Positions 40,287 to 51,805 are shown, counted from the stretch's first letter. The stretch: 64,000 nucleotides of DNA from an uncultured cyanobacterium (GCA_963803805.1 CAWDOD010000011.1:352001-416000); one strand, 5' to 3'. Notes: generated by a model not told the origin, from the letters alone. Numbers and translations are program-made.

Positions 40287-42890
40287 ATGACTGCTGCATC
40301 TTCTCAACCCTCATCCTTAAAACAACACGACGGTCAAACTATAGAAGCTGAAGTCGTAGGTGAAAATCATAACCATGTTAACCAACCGTCTTCTGGCAGT
40401 GCCTTAGCGACAACAGGAGGTAGCTTTTCCACTTTCCTTGCTCCTTTAGATCAAGGCTCTTTTGGAGACGTTGTTGAAGGCGTAGAAGACAAACTACGGA
40501 TTGTTAATCAAACCCTATCCATGCTGGACAACGTGCTGGATAGTCAGGGTTTTGATGCCATCCTTGATGAAATGTTGCAATCCATCTCCTTGAAGACTGG
40601 AGAATTGTTGGGTGCTGATCGGACTACCATTTATTTATTGGATGACGACGAGGACGAACTAGTTTCTATCGTAGCTAAGGGTGAAGATGGTAAGCCTTTA
40701 GAAATTCGTATTCCCATTGGTATAGGTATTGCTGGAGCAGTAGCGGAGTCGAAAGAAGTTGTCAATATCCCCTACGATTTTTACGACGATTACCGCTCAG
40801 CCTCAGCGAAAAAGTTTGATAAGAAAAATGGCTATCGTACTTATACGATGCTGGTTTTACCCCTACTCGATACCCAGCAAAAACTAGTTGCTGTGGTGCA
40901 GTTAATTAATAAATTACAGCCCAATACAAGTCCTGATGCTCCTTTAGAAGAAAAGGTTAACAAAGAAGGATTTACAGAGGAAGATGTCAAATTATTTAAT
41001 GAATTTGCCACCTCAATTCAACTCATATTAGAATCCTCTCGCTCTTTTTATAAAGCAACCCAAAGACAAAGAGCAGCCAACGCCTTAATAGAAGCAACCA
41101 ACTCCCTAAGTAAGAGTAGCTTAGACTTAGACGCTACCTTAAGGACAGTCATGGATGCGGCTAAAAAGCTGATGAATGCTGACCGCAGCACTCTTTGGTT
41201 AATTGATGAAGACAAAAATGACCTCTGGACAAAGATCCCGATGCCCGATGGCTCTTTAAAAGAAATTAGAGTTTCCATTGGGGTAGGATTTGCGGGGAGG
41301 GTAGGAGAAACCGGAGAAACTCTCATAATTGGTTTTGACCTTTATGACCATCCCGATGCAGAAAACGCCAAGAAAACTGATCCGAAAACAGGATATCGTA
41401 CCTGTAGCCTTCTCTGTATGCCAGTATTTAATGCCGATGGCAAGTTAATCGGTGTTACCCAACTATTAAACAAAAAGCGGCAAGGAGAATATCCTCCCTA
41501 CGATCCCGATACCTGGCCCGAAGCCCCCGAATGTTGGAAAGCGAGCTTCAATGGCAGCGACCAAGAATTTATGAAAGCTTTCAATATTCAAGCCGGGGTA
41601 GCCCTACAAAATGCCAAGCTTTTTGATCAAGTTAAACAGCAAGAACAAATGCAGAGGGATATCTTGCGGAGTTTAACCAATGGAGTAATTTCTACCGATA
41701 AAGCAGGACGTGTCATCGCCGCCAACGAAAGAGCAAAAAATTTATTAGGTTTTCATAACTTAGAAGCCTTAGAAGGAGAAAAGGTTGTTGATTTAATTAA
41801 TATCAAAGAGGGAAAATTTGCCGCTTGGTTTGAGCAAGCCCTCTCTCCTAATGATGAGCGTACCAATCGAGAGCAGTATTACCCTGATCGCACCTTACTC
41901 GCCGACGAAGAAGAACATAGCGTTAACCTCTCCATTAACTCCATCAGCGATGCTAGGGATGCTAGCAACGTTTATGGGGCTTTGGTGGTTATGGAAGATA
42001 TTTCTGATGAAAAGCGTCTCAAGAGTACTATGTACCGTTATATGACCCAGGAATTAGCCGAAGAGTTACTCAAACTAGGGGACGCAAAATTAGGGGGCGA
42101 TCGCAAAGAAGTTACTGTTCTATTTTCCGATATTCGTAGCTACACCAGCTTAACGGAGAAACTCAAAGCTGAAGAAGTTGTCGGTATGCTCAACGGTTAC
42201 TTTGAAAGTATGGTTGAGGCTGTCTTCAAGCATAAAGGAACCTTAGATAAATACATCGGTGACGCGATTATGGCTGTTTTTGGTTCTCCTTTACCCTTAG
42301 AAGATCATGCTTGGAAAGCCGTACAAACTGCTTTGGAAATGCGTGAACGCTTGAGTCTTTTCAACGAAGAGCGGTTAAAAGAAGATAAGGTTCCTATCCG
42401 CATTGGGATTGGTATCAACTCTGGCTCAGTAATTAGTGGTAACATCGGTTCTAGTAAGCGGATGGAGTTCACTGCCATTGGTGATGGAGTAAACTTAAGC
42501 TCCCGCTTAGAAGGTGCTAGTAAGCAATATGGCTGCGATATTATTATTAGCGAAAATACTTATGAACCTTGTAAAGACCAAGTAATTGTCAGGGAGTTGG
42601 ATCGTATTAAAGTTAAAGGAAAGAATTTACCTGTATCTATTTACGAATTACTAGGTAAAAAAGGAGATACCCTTTCCCCCCAACAAGAGCAGATTGTCGA
42701 ACTTTATCACGATGGCAGAAAGCTTTACCTCAGCCGCGACTTTGTTGGTGCAGTAGGTAAGTTTGCCCAAGTTATGGGTATAGATAAAGATAATAAAGCA
42801 GCCAAGCTACATATGGAGCGCTGTCAGCATTTCCTAGCTGAGCCTCCAGAGGGTGATTGGGATGGAGTTTGGACAATGACATCAAAGTGA
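40287..42890 (+). CDS. cyaB2: Class III adenylate cyclase, GAF-GAF-PAS-cyclase (CyaB2 type)
   Basis: STFLAPL...QTLSMLD N-terminus and GAFs with inserted NKFDE motifs as in Anabaena CyaB2; FSDIRSYT, DKYIGDA and TAIGDGVNLSSRLE. Confidence 0.9.
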   Translation: MTAASSQPSSLKQHDGQTIEAEVVGENHNHVNQPSSGSALATTGGSFSTFLAPLDQGSFGDVVEGVEDKLRIVNQTLSMLDNVLDSQGFDAILDEMLQSISLKTGELLGADRTTIYLLDDDEDELVSIVAKGEDGKPLEIRIPIGIGIAGAVAESKEVVNIPYDFYDDYRSASAKKFDKKNGYRTYTMLVLPLLDTQQKLVAVVQLINKLQPNTSPDAPLEEKVNKEGFTEEDVKLFNEFATSIQLILESSRSFYKATQRQRAANALIEATNSLSKSSLDLDATLRTVMDAAKKLMNADRSTLWLIDEDKNDLWTKIPMPDGSLKEIRVSIGVGFAGRVGETGETLIIGFDLYDHPDAENAKKTDPKTGYRTCSLLCMPVFNADGKLIGVTQLLNKKRQGEYPPYDPDTWPEAPECWKASFNGSDQEFMKAFNIQAGVALQNAKLFDQVKQQEQMQRDILRSLTNGVISTDKAGRVIAANERAKNLLGFHNLEALEGEKVVDLINIKEGKFAAWFEQALSPNDERTNREQYYPDRTLLADEEEHSVNLSINSISDARDASNVYGALVVMEDISDEKRLKSTMYRYMTQELAEELLKLGDAKLGGDRKEVTVLFSDIRSYTSLTEKLKAEEVVGMLNGYFESMVEAVFKHKGTLDKYIGDAIMAVFGSPLPLEDHAWKAVQTALEMRERLSLFNEERLKEDKVPIRIGIGINSGSVISGNIGSSKRMEFTAIGDGVNLSSRLEGASKQYGCDIIISENTYEPCKDQVIVRELDRIKVKGKNLPVSIYELLGKKGDTLSPQQEQIVELYHDGRKLYLSRDFVGAVGKFAQVMGIDKDNKAAKLHMERCQHFLAEPPEGDWDGVWTMTSK

Positions 42891-42962
42891 GAGTTAGGGG
42901 GAGCAGGAGAAAGCTTGCTAGGTGGGTTTGCTTTTCAGGTTTTTATGCTCCCTACTGTCTTC

Positions 42963-43454
42963 TTAAGCGCAAGCTTGTTGCCATAAAGATAATAATCGGG
43001 AACTACGTTTGGCAAAAGCTATTTTCCTATGGGCATAAATTTGTCCATTGGGCATAATTGCATCAGTTAAATCTGCCTGTGCTAAGTTGATTCCTGAGAG
43101 GTTAGCACCAGTTAAATTCGCACCGGTTAAGTTAGCCCCGTTTAAATTAGCTTCTTGAAGATTAGCCGACCTCAAATCAGCTTGACTTAAATCCGCAGCA
43201 ACAAGGCTAGCTTTACTCAAATCAGCTTTTACTAGGTTGCTTTTGGAGAAGTTAGAACCTTCTAAAATAGAAAGATGAAGGCAAGCTTCGCTTAAATCTA
43301 TTTCTTGGAGATCACTCCAACGGAGAATCAAATTACTAAAAACAATCTTGCGAAAGTCTCTCTCTCCCGCTAAATATTGCTTCAATAACTGCTTAGGAGT
43401 GAAGTAGCAAGCATTTCTTTGGTTGGTATTAGAATTCTTCTGGAGAAGCGTCAT
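42963..43454 (-). CDS. Pentapeptide repeat protein
   Basis: YLAGERDF followed by A(D/N)Lxx repeats. Confidence 0.92.
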   Translation of the reverse strand: MTLLQKNSNTNQRNACYFTPKQLLKQYLAGERDFRKIVFSNLILRWSDLQEIDLSEACLHLSILEGSNFSKSNLVKADLSKASLVAADLSQADLRSANLQEANLNGANLTGANLTGANLSGINLAQADLTDAIMPNGQIYAHRKIAFAKRSSRLLSLWQQACA

Positions 43455-43584
43455 AGTAGATTCCAGGCTTCATTTTACTCATTAAACTCAGTATCGAAGA
43501 TGGGGATTTGCGATCGCGTTCGCTTAATGTTCTTTTTTTGTATAAGTTGTGTTCGATTTCCAATGACAACAAAGCAAACACATT

Positions 43585-44799
43585 TTACTGCGGAATTAAG
43601 GGTGGGAGAATTTCCTTTGGTTCTTTTTTGGGTTCAACTTCCGGAGAAGTTTCGGCTGTTGGGCTTTCCTTTAGTTGTTCTTGAGGTGAAGTTTCCGGGA
43701 CTGCTTTTTCTTCTGAAGGCTGAGGTTTAATATCTTTTTGTAAAGGTTCTGATTGCGTTATAGGCACTTGCTCTGATTCTACTTGCTGATATTCTTGGGC
43801 AGTAATAATTTTGACATCATTAACGAGAAAAACCAGCTCAAAATTTTTGCTTGTTGCTGCGGAGATAAATTTTTCAACTTCCTGAACTTGCTTGGGGGTA
43901 ATTTCAACTTCTTCTTTTCCCTGTTGTTTTCCTACTTGCAAGCTGAGATAAACTATAGGAGGCTGAGTAGTCCAATTCACTTTTGTTCTTAATAATTCTA
44001 CTTCTTGTTGCCCTACGGTAACAGTTTCTCGAACTAATTTATCTTGAATGGCTTTTTCTAACTGAGCTTTTTCAACTAGCTGCAAAAAACTAGCTCCTAA
44101 AGGAAAAGCTAAAAGTGTAGTTAAACCAAAAGCGACACCCAAAGCGTGGTTCATTTTGGCATAGCCAGCAATGATAAAAACTAGCATACAAGCTAGGGTA
44201 ATACCCAAAAGGTTAGTAACGTAGAGTAGAAATGCTCCTGTGGCTAAAGAAGCGTAACCTTGGGAGAGAGACAAACCAACGACACATAAAGGAGGCATCA
44301 AAGCTACTGAAATAGCGGTTCCAGCTAAAGCATCGCTGAGTCGAGGACGCAATTTAGCAAAACCACTAATTAAGCCTGCGGCCACAGCAATGCCTAAGTC
44401 AATTAAGTTGGGCTGGGTGCGATTGAGAATTTCTGACTGAAATTCTGGAATACCGGCAATTAAGCCAATTAGAGAAGATAAAACAATGGAGATGAGAGTC
44501 CCTCCCATGATGGCTAACAAAGCCTTACGAAATAAAGATAAATCCCCTTCCAAAGCACTAAAAGCTAATCCTCTTAGAGGTAACATCAAAGGAGCCACCA
44601 ACATTGCCCCAATAATTACCGCAGCACTATTGCTAATCAAACCAAAGGTAGCAATTAAACAAGAAGTATGGGTCAAAACCACATAATCTGCATCCCAACC
44701 CGCATCATTCCACAATTCTTGATGGAGTCGCTTTGCCCTTTTAGTATCCGGTGGACTAGGCAAGATTTTTTTAGTTAACGAACTCAGTTTTGAGTACAT
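43585..44799 (-). CDS. DUF389 family membrane protein
   Basis: IATFGL..NSAAVIIGAMLVAPLM.P, RTQPNL.DL and GTAISVALMPPL. Confidence 0.9.
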   Translation of the reverse strand: MYSKLSSLTKKILPSPPDTKRAKRLHQELWNDAGWDADYVVLTHTSCLIATFGLISNSAAVIIGAMLVAPLMLPLRGLAFSALEGDLSLFRKALLAIMGGTLISIVLSSLIGLIAGIPEFQSEILNRTQPNLIDLGIAVAAGLISGFAKLRPRLSDALAGTAISVALMPPLCVVGLSLSQGYASLATGAFLLYVTNLLGITLACMLVFIIAGYAKMNHALGVAFGLTTLLAFPLGASFLQLVEKAQLEKAIQDKLVRETVTVGQQEVELLRTKVNWTTQPPIVYLSLQVGKQQGKEEVEITPKQVQEVEKFISAATSKNFELVFLVNDVKIITAQEYQQVESEQVPITQSEPLQKDIKPQPSEEKAVPETSPQEQLKESPTAETSPEVEPKKEPKEILPPLIPQ

Positions 44800-44847
44800 T
44801 ATTTTTCTAGAATATTACTTTTGAATATAATCTCTAAACCATCCCTC

Positions 44848-45897
44848 CTACTTGTTAATAATTCCCCCACCAAGAAGAATTTCTCCATCATAAAGTACAG
44901 CTGCTTGTCCGGGAGTAATGCCAAACTGAGGTTCGTCAAACACCAACTTGAGGCGAGAGTCTTCTAAAGGGATAACATTAACAGCAACAGCCTGAGAACG
45001 ATATCGTATCTGTACTTGAGTTCTAAAGGGTGTAGTTGGTTGAGCTATAGAAACCCAATTCATCCTACTTACTGTACATTCTCCTTGCCCTGCACTGGCG
45101 CGATCGCCCACTATTACTCGATTCATTACAGCATCTAGGGCAATGACATATAATGCCTCAGCCGCCGCAATACCTAAACCTTTCCTTTGACCAATGGTGT
45201 AATGATGAACTCCTTGGTGATGCCCTAACACGTTACCTTGTTGATCAACAATATCTCCTTGCTTTTGGTTAATGTAGCGGTCTAAGAATTTTTGCATTGA
45301 ACCGTGGGCTTCGATTAAGCACAAGTCCTGACTTTCTGGTTTATCAGCAGTTTTAAGAGCAAGCTGATTGGCAATGTGCCTGGTTTTTTCTTTTGTTTGT
45401 TCCCCCAAAGGAAAGATAGTTCCAGCTAACATTTCTTGGGTTAAATCGTAAAGAAAATAAGACTGGTCTTTGTTGCGATCAATAGCTCTCAATAGCTGAT
45501 AGCGATTACTATTTTCATCGTAGCGAATACGAGCATAATGACCAGTGGCGATGCGATCAATACCTAACTCTTTTTGAGCATAGTTTAACATTGGGCCAAA
45601 CTTAACTGCCCGATTGCATTGGGAACAAGGCAAAGGAGTAATACCCGCCTCATAACCAGAAACCAAGTAATCAACTATACTTGCTTGGAAAACTTCTCGA
45701 CTATCAACTATGTGGTGAGGAATTTCTAGTTGTTCACAAATCAAAGCAGCATCAACCATTCCTTCAGAACAGCATTGACCCTTGCCCTTCATTAGCCAGA
45801 GGGTAAGACCAACTACATCATATTCTTGGTTGTGGAGGACAGCAGCGGCTACAGAACTATCTACTCCGCCGGAGAGTCCGACTACTACTTTATTCAT
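44848..45897 (-). CDS. mnmA: tRNA 2-thiouridine(34) synthase
   Basis: SGGVDS, TP.PC..CN, ATGHYA, KDQSYFL and TPGQAAV. Confidence 0.96.
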   Translation of the reverse strand: MNKVVVGLSGGVDSSVAAAVLHNQEYDVVGLTLWLMKGKGQCCSEGMVDAALICEQLEIPHHIVDSREVFQASIVDYLVSGYEAGITPLPCSQCNRAVKFGPMLNYAQKELGIDRIATGHYARIRYDENSNRYQLLRAIDRNKDQSYFLYDLTQEMLAGTIFPLGEQTKEKTRHIANQLALKTADKPESQDLCLIEAHGSMQKFLDRYINQKQGDIVDQQGNVLGHHQGVHHYTIGQRKGLGIAAAEALYVIALDAVMNRVIVGDRASAGQGECTVSRMNWVSIAQPTTPFRTQVQIRYRSQAVAVNVIPLEDSRLKLVFDEPQFGITPGQAAVLYDGEILLGGGIINK

Positions 45898-46036
45898 GGA
45901 ATTATCAATTTTGCTGCTTTTAAGAAACTAATTTTTTTTTTAGCCTAGCACCTAACTAATATTAAAATTCACAAATCAGGTATAAGAAAAAAATTAAGTA
46001 ATAACCTTGTGATGACAAACAGGACAGGTAATTAAT

Positions 46037-46921
46037 ATGAACAACAGTAAAGTCATTAAATTTACTTCCTTACCTATTTCTCAAGTAACTTCTCACTGGA
46101 CTTGGTTAGCAATGCTTTTAGGAGTATATGTACTTATTACTCCTTCTTCTGTTAGTGTAGCTCAAGATAGTCCATCTCCACCTTTGATTATCGAGGAGTT
46201 ACCTCCAGGCCCTAACGACCTCAACTTTCCCTCCCAGCAACCACCAACCATTACTCCAGAACCAGAAAACAACAACGAAGAATTTGACTATCAAGTACCA
46301 ACCATACCTGTTCCTAATAGTCGTCCTTCCAACCCAACACCAAGCTCTAGCACAACTTATTCAGATTACTATCGAGTTGAAGTAGAAGGAGATAGTTCAC
46401 TTTTACTAACTCAGATTCAAAACATTGAGCCAGAGGCTTTTATACGAGGTAGAGAAGGAACAATTCAAGCCGGATTATTTTCAGAAAGATATAATGCCCA
46501 ACAACGAGTTGAAGTTTTAGAAAGCCAAGGCTTCCGAGCTAAGGTCGTATCTGTAGATGTTGCTGTGAGCAGACCTAATAATACTAGCTATCCTGCACCA
46601 GTTTATCGTCAGCCTCAACCAAATACCCCTGTTAACCCCAGCAATAATAATATTCCCACTGTCCTCAACAACAGTAATAATGTTCAGCAAAGCGATGAAG
46701 ATAAAGGTTACTTTGTGATTATTCCTGCCTCACGCCAAAATTTACCTATAATTGCTGCTACAGTAGCAGAATCAGGGATAGACTTACGCTCCATTAGACA
46801 AAAACAAGGTCCTATTGGTTCCCATGTTGCTGTCGGCCCTTTCGCTACCCGTTCTTTAGCAGAACGTTGGAATAGCTATCTCCGCTGGGCTGGTATGGAT
46901 GCCCGTTTGCACCACAAATAA
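46037..46921 (+). CDS. Secreted Pro-rich protein with SPOR-like repeats
   Basis: Signal peptide, IQAGLFSERYNAQQRV..L..QG and VAVGPF..RS.AE.W...LR..GMDAR. Confidence 0.65.
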   Translation: MNNSKVIKFTSLPISQVTSHWTWLAMLLGVYVLITPSSVSVAQDSPSPPLIIEELPPGPNDLNFPSQQPPTITPEPENNNEEFDYQVPTIPVPNSRPSNPTPSSSTTYSDYYRVEVEGDSSLLLTQIQNIEPEAFIRGREGTIQAGLFSERYNAQQRVEVLESQGFRAKVVSVDVAVSRPNNTSYPAPVYRQPQPNTPVNPSNNNIPTVLNNSNNVQQSDEDKGYFVIIPASRQNLPIIAATVAESGIDLRSIRQKQGPIGSHVAVGPFATRSLAERWNSYLRWAGMDARLHHK

Positions 46922-47012
46922 CAGGCAATAGCCCAGATATATTGACAAGATAATAACTGATAACTGCTCATTGTAGGGCTTGCCCTTGTCGTAGAGATCA
47001 TTGAAAAATTGT

Positions 47013-48548
47013 ATGACCGATAAAGTTGTAGTTAATGCCGAACAAATGCGCCAAATTGAGGGGCAGCTTTTTGATGCGGGAATGCCAGTTGCTGCCTTGA
47101 TGGAGAAGGTTGCGGGTTTAATTGTTACTCGCGTGATTGAACTCTATCCTCTCTCTGAAGTATCTCGCGTTGGGGTTTTAGTAGGCCCAGGTCATAATGG
47201 AGGAGATGCTTTAGCAGTAGCTAGAGAGCTACACTTGCAGGGCTATCAAGTTTTTCTTTATCGCCCCATCAGCAAGCTTAAAGAACTTACCATAAGTCAT
47301 GCTAATTATGCAGCGAGTTTAGGCATCCCTTCATCTGAACAAATTCAGGCTTTATATACTTGTGATTTGATTATTGATGGGCTATTTGGTTTCGGCTTAA
47401 CTCGGCCTATTTCTGGCAAGCTAGTAGAGGATATTAATCAACTTAATTTTTGGAATCGGGCTGTAGTAAGTATTGACTTACCTTCAGGTATAGATACTGA
47501 TACAGGAAAAGTTCTTGGTACGGCAGTAAGGGCAACCCATACTTTATGTTTGGGTTTGTGGAAGCTAGCTTTTTATCAAGACCAAGCTTTAGATTATATC
47601 GGCAAGGCAGAGTTAATTGCTTTTGGTATTCCGGCTAAAAATGTCTGGTCAGTTTTGGGGAAACCACCACCAATTCAGCTTACTGTGGCGAGTAATATTG
47701 CTAAATATTTCCCTTTACCTAGACCGCAAATTACCCACAAATATAAACAAGGCCATTTGCTCTTAATTTGCGGTTCTCGTCGTTATAGTGGAGGGGCGAT
47801 TTTAACGGCCTTAGGGGCAAGGGCTAGTGGTGTAGGAATGCTGTCAATCGCTGTTCCAGAATCTCTTAAACCAATATTAGTTGGTCATTTACCAGAAGCT
47901 TTAGTTATTGGTTGCCCAGAAACTAAAACAGGGGCGATCGCGCTTTTGCCTTCAGAAGTTGTTGATCTGACTCAGTTTGATCTCATAGCTTGTGGCCCCG
48001 GTTTAACTAGGGATGCTACATCTGTAGTGCAAACTGTACTTAAGGCTGAAGTTCCTTTAGTTCTAGATGCTGATGCCTTGAATATTGTTGCTGAAATGGG
48101 GACAACGGAGGTTTTAGAACTTAGAAAATCACCAACAATATTAACTCCTCATTTAGGAGAATTTAAACGCTTATTTCCTGATTTACTTAATCCTAACCAA
48201 GATAGGATTCGAGCCGTACAAGAAGCTGCTCAACAAAACGGTACAGTTATTTTACTAAAAGGTGCAAAAACTGTGATTGCCCATCCCGAAGGGAAAACTT
48301 GGGTTGTTCCCCAAAGCACTCCTGCTTTAGCAAGAGGAGGCAGCGGAGATGTCCTCACAGGCTTGTTAGGAGGTCTATTAGCACAGCAAATTACCTCTCA
48401 CCACCCTTTAGAAGCAATCGTGGCTACAGCAGCTTGGTGGCACGCCCAAGCTGGAATTACCGCAGCAGAAGAACGTAGCGAGTTAGGAGTAGATGCTCAT
48501 ACTTTGTCTCAGTACTTGTGGAAAGTTTTGAAGAGGGCAAAGGGTTAG
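47013..48548 (+). CDS. nnr: Bifunctional NAD(P)HX epimerase/dehydratase
   Basis: GPGHNGGD, IDLPSG, HKYKQG, DADAL, TPHLGEF.RL and ARGGSGDVL.G. Confidence 0.94.
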   Translation: MTDKVVVNAEQMRQIEGQLFDAGMPVAALMEKVAGLIVTRVIELYPLSEVSRVGVLVGPGHNGGDALAVARELHLQGYQVFLYRPISKLKELTISHANYAASLGIPSSEQIQALYTCDLIIDGLFGFGLTRPISGKLVEDINQLNFWNRAVVSIDLPSGIDTDTGKVLGTAVRATHTLCLGLWKLAFYQDQALDYIGKAELIAFGIPAKNVWSVLGKPPPIQLTVASNIAKYFPLPRPQITHKYKQGHLLLICGSRRYSGGAILTALGARASGVGMLSIAVPESLKPILVGHLPEALVIGCPETKTGAIALLPSEVVDLTQFDLIACGPGLTRDATSVVQTVLKAEVPLVLDADALNIVAEMGTTEVLELRKSPTILTPHLGEFKRLFPDLLNPNQDRIRAVQEAAQQNGTVILLKGAKTVIAHPEGKTWVVPQSTPALARGGSGDVLTGLLGGLLAQQITSHHPLEAIVATAAWWHAQAGITAAEERSELGVDAHTLSQYLWKVLKRAKG

Positions 48549-48580
48549 GGGTTAGGGGTTAGGGGTCAGAGGTCAGGGGT
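48542..48580. repeat. Heptamer short tandem repeat (GGGTTAG/GGTCAGG)n
   Basis: gggttaggggttaggggttaggggtcagaggtcaggggt directly after nnr. Confidence 0.8.
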
Positions 48581-48612
48581 GAAATTTGTTCCCCATTTCC
48601 CTAGCTCCTCTA

Positions 48613-48909
48613 TTACTCAACTGGCATAGCATCAACATCAACCGTATCTGTACTAACTTTCTCATCAGTTGATTGAGAAACGTTTTGGCGATTTTTAGCG
48701 AAATCAAGGGCTAATTGATATAACTCAGTAATTAATAGGGTTAAAACTACACCATCGTCAATGAAACCCGCAATAGGCAGAAAATCTGGAGCAAGATCAA
48801 TAGGACTTAAAACATACATTAGAGAGCCTAAGATTACCCACCAACGATACTTGGGATTGCGTAAAGTATTGCGATACCAGTTATAAATGGACTCTACAGA
48901 AATTTTCAT
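48613..48909 (-). CDS. YkvA/DUF1232 family protein
   Basis: YVLSPIDLAPDFLPIAGFIDD. Confidence 0.9.
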   Translation of the reverse strand: MKISVESIYNWYRNTLRNPKYRWWVILGSLMYVLSPIDLAPDFLPIAGFIDDGVVLTLLITELYQLALDFAKNRQNVSQSTDEKVSTDTVDVDAMPVE

Positions 48910-49098
48910 ATTTTATTGCTGCTCTTGCTATATTAACTATTTACTATCTTGCCAGATCCTTCTTTGGTACTCTAGTGTAGACAACCGCTCTCCCATTGTG
49001 TATTTACCGACTACAGTATTTTTTCGAGCTTCTTTAGATATATTGCCACTGGGGGGTAAAATGTAATCCTGGATTGTTCAGGCTTGCGAAAAAGCTTC

Positions 49099-49656
49099 AT
49101 GATTTCTAGTAACGATTTTAGACCCGGTGTAACAATAGAGTTGGATGGAGCAGTATGGCGAGTCGTGGAATTCCTCCACGTCAAGCCAGGCAAAGGCTCT
49201 GCCTTTGTGCGAACCAAACTAAAAAATGCTCAAACTGGTAGCGTCGTTGAACGTACCTTCCGAGCAGGAGAAACTGTACCCCAAGCCAACTTAGAAAAAC
49301 GAAATATGCAACATACCTATAAAGATGGTGATCAGTACGTCTTTATGGATATGGAGACTTTTGAAGAAACTCGTCTCGACCCAGACAAAATTGGTGATGG
49401 TGTCAAATACATTACCGAAGGTATGGAAGTTAACATAGTCAAATGGGATGAACAAGTTTTGGAAGTAGAATTACCAACCTCAGTAGTCTTAGAGGTAACC
49501 CAAACCGATCCTGGTGTTAAAGGCGACACTGCCACTGGCGGCTCTAAGCCCGCAACCTTAGAAACAGGAGCGCAGGTTATGGTTCCTTTATTTATTTCTA
49601 TAGGAGAACGAATCAAAATTGACACCCGCAACGATTCTTATCTCGGTAGAGAGTAG
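49099..49656 (+). CDS. efp: Elongation factor P
   Basis: [16 protein letters not shown] and PGVKGDT. Start is ATG at 49099. Confidence 0.97.
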   Translation: MISSNDFRPGVTIELDGAVWRVVEFLHVKPGKGSAFVRTKLKNAQTGSVVERTFRAGETVPQANLEKRNMQHTYKDGDQYVFMDMETFEETRLDPDKIGDGVKYITEGMEVNIVKWDEQVLEVELPTSVVLEVTQTDPGVKGDTATGGSKPATLETGAQVMVPLFISIGERIKIDTRNDSYLGRE

Positions 49657-49750
49657 CCTGAAAAATTAATGAAGGAACCATTGGTTAAAAGTTATGGGTT
49701 AATAATTAAGCGAAAAATGACCAACTTAATCGAATTGGGATGTATGATTT

Positions 49751-50242
49751 GTGCCTATAGATTTTAATCAACTTAGGGAACTTTTGAGTTCAATTGCTCA
49801 AACTGATATTGCTGAGTTAACTCTCAAAAGTGATGATTTTGAGCTAACGGTACGTAAGGGCATTCCGACAATGCCCAAAAACTTATCTGCTCAAGAAAAT
49901 GCTAATTTAACTTTTGCTTCTACCCCGGTGGCTCCTTCAAATCCTAGTCTTCCTGATAACGGCTCTAGCGAGGCTAAAGCTCCAAATTCTGAGGGCAAAT
50001 GGGAAGAAATAACTTCTCCGGTTGTCGGCACTTTCTACCGCTCTCCTGCCCCTGATGAAGCTGCTTTTGTAGAAGTTAATGATCGCATTACTAAAGGGCA
50101 AATTGTTTGTATTATTGAAGCGATGAAGGTGATGAACGAAATTGAGGCAGAAGTCTCTGGACAAATTGTCGAAGTTTTGGTTGAGAACGGTGAACCTGTA
50201 GAGTATGGTCAACCCCTAATGTTAGTGAATCCAGAGCCATAA
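49751..50242 (+). CDS. accB: Acetyl-CoA carboxylase biotin carboxyl carrier protein
   Basis: [11 protein letters not shown] and biotinylation motif EAMKVMNEI; follows efp as is usual in cyanobacteria. Confidence 0.96.
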   Translation: MPIDFNQLRELLSSIAQTDIAELTLKSDDFELTVRKGIPTMPKNLSAQENANLTFASTPVAPSNPSLPDNGSSEAKAPNSEGKWEEITSPVVGTFYRSPAPDEAAFVEVNDRITKGQIVCIIEAMKVMNEIEAEVSGQIVEVLVENGEPVEYGQPLMLVNPEP

Positions 50243-50297
50243 CTTAACATCAGTGGAATTCAAAAAAATTGGGGTTTAATTACTTTTGGTTAGTTAA

Positions 50298-50654
50298 ATG
50301 GAACTAGCAAAATCAGTATCGCAAGAAGTAGTACAGCAAATAGCTGAGTATTTTAGTGTCCTAAGCGAGCCGATGCGCCTACGCATTCTCAATTTACTTA
50401 GGGATGGTGAGAGGTGCGTTCAGGATTTAGTAGAGGCTACCCAAACTAGTCAAGCCAATGTCTCCAAGCACCTTAAAGTTATGCTTCAAGCAGGAATTCT
50501 TAGTCGTCGTAGTGAAGGGACATCCGCTTACTATAGCGTAGAAGATCCACTAATTTTTGAGTTGTGTCATCTAGTGGGAAATCGTCTGGCTAATCGTATA
50601 GAACAACAAGCTAGGCAGTTTCGGGATTTTAGCCTAACGGAACATCAACAGTAA
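50298..50654 (+). CDS. ArsR/SmtB-family transcriptional regulator
   Basis: LSEPMRLRILNLL...CV..L...SQANVSKHL. Confidence 0.9.
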   Translation: MELAKSVSQEVVQQIAEYFSVLSEPMRLRILNLLRDGERCVQDLVEATQTSQANVSKHLKVMLQAGILSRRSEGTSAYYSVEDPLIFELCHLVGNRLANRIEQQARQFRDFSLTEHQQ

Positions 50655-51190
50655 AATCCTAAATCTGTTCCCTTGCCGCTGTGGACTAGAGCTAACTTTT
50701 CATAGCGTTTAGCGTGTTCAACTAAACCAGCAATTTCTTCCTTGGTTAGTTCTCTCGCTTTCCTGGCCGGAACTCCCACCATTAAAGAGCCAGGAAGAAC
50801 ATTTTTAGTAACGACACAGCCTGCCCCAACTAAACTACCAGCCCCAACCCTTACACCGTCAAGAATCACTGCTCCAATGCCAATGAGGCTACCCCTTTCA
50901 ATGTGAGCGGAATGAACTACGGCCCTATGGCCCACTGTGACATATTCTTCTAAAATAGTAGGCTTACCAGGATCACCATGTAAAATTGCTCCATCTTGAA
51001 TATTGGTATATTCGCCAATGACAATTTTTTCTACATCTCCCCTCACTACAGCGCTGTACCAAACGCTAGAACCCAATCCTAAAGAAACATTCCCTACTAC
51101 TACCGCATTGGGGGCGACAAAGGCAGCTAAGGAAAGATCCGGAGGCTGCCAATAGGAAATAGAAGAGGAAATATTCAGTTCTTTACTCAC
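50645..51190 (-). CDS. Gamma carbonic anhydrase family (hexapeptide repeat) protein
   Basis: RGD, NIQDG..LH and TVGH.AVVH zinc ligands. Confidence 0.9.
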   Translation of the reverse strand: MSKELNISSSISYWQPPDLSLAAFVAPNAVVVGNVSLGLGSSVWYSAVVRGDVEKIVIGEYTNIQDGAILHGDPGKPTILEEYVTVGHRAVVHSAHIERGSLIGIGAVILDGVRVGAGSLVGAGCVVTKNVLPGSLMVGVPARKARELTKEEIAGLVEHAKRYEKLALVHSGKGTDLGFYC

Positions 51191-51295
51191 TTTCGCTGAT
51201 CAAGGTATAAAATACTCACCAATTGCCAAAGAGTTTAGCAGATATAATATAGCCACTGCCACTAGTACTAGCTCAAAAATGATTATACGCCCACA

Positions 51296-51805
51296 ATGAT
51301 GAATGCAAGTTTGCAGTATCCTATTTTTGGCGCTGACATCCAGTGTCCTCACTGTCGCCAAACCATACCCGCTTTGACCCTCACAGATACCTATCTCTGT
51401 CCGCGCCACGGTGCTTTTGAGGCAGATCCTAAAACTGGCGAACTTGTTCATTTGCAGTCTGGTCGTCACTGGCGACTTTGGGATGGACAATGGTATCGAC
51501 AACATACCCATCCTGATGGGATTCGTTTTGAGATCCACGAAGCTTTGGATAAACTCTATACAGAAGGCTACAGGGCCACTAAGGTGATTATTGCTAATCG
51601 CTATCGAGAATTAGTTAGCACTTATTTAGAACGCAGTACTCCTTGGCGCGGTAATTCTGATGCCCAGTCCCCTAAACTTTATGGACTGCCTGTAACCTTT
51701 AGTGAAGAGCCTAACGAAGATCCTTGTTGGGAAGTGATTAATTTCCATTTAGAAAAGGAAAGAGGTGTTCCTGTACGCTATCCTTATTTTCGGTTGTTTG
51801 AATAA
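51296..51805 (+). CDS. TIGR02652-family cyanobacterial protein
   Basis: CPHCRQTIPALTLTDTYLCPRHG...RQHTHPDGIRFEIHEALD. Confidence 0.85.
   Translation: MMNASLQYPIFGADIQCPHCRQTIPALTLTDTYLCPRHGAFEADPKTGELVHLQSGRHWRLWDGQWYRQHTHPDGIRFEIHEALDKLYTEGYRATKVIIANRYRELVSTYLERSTPWRGNSDAQSPKLYGLPVTFSEEPNEDPCWEVINFHLEKERGVPVRYPYFRLFE

Noticed and set aside
48542..48580. Telomere-like TTAGGG / G-quadruplex-looking run
   Set aside because: The period is 7 (GGGTTAG), matching the ordinary cyanobacterial heptamer repeats seen throughout the window.
50298..50654. ArsR as regulator of the arsM-arsS cluster
   Set aside because: It lies 30 kb away in the efp-accB neighbourhood and lacks a CxCxxC-type As(III) site. 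The sequence shows no link.
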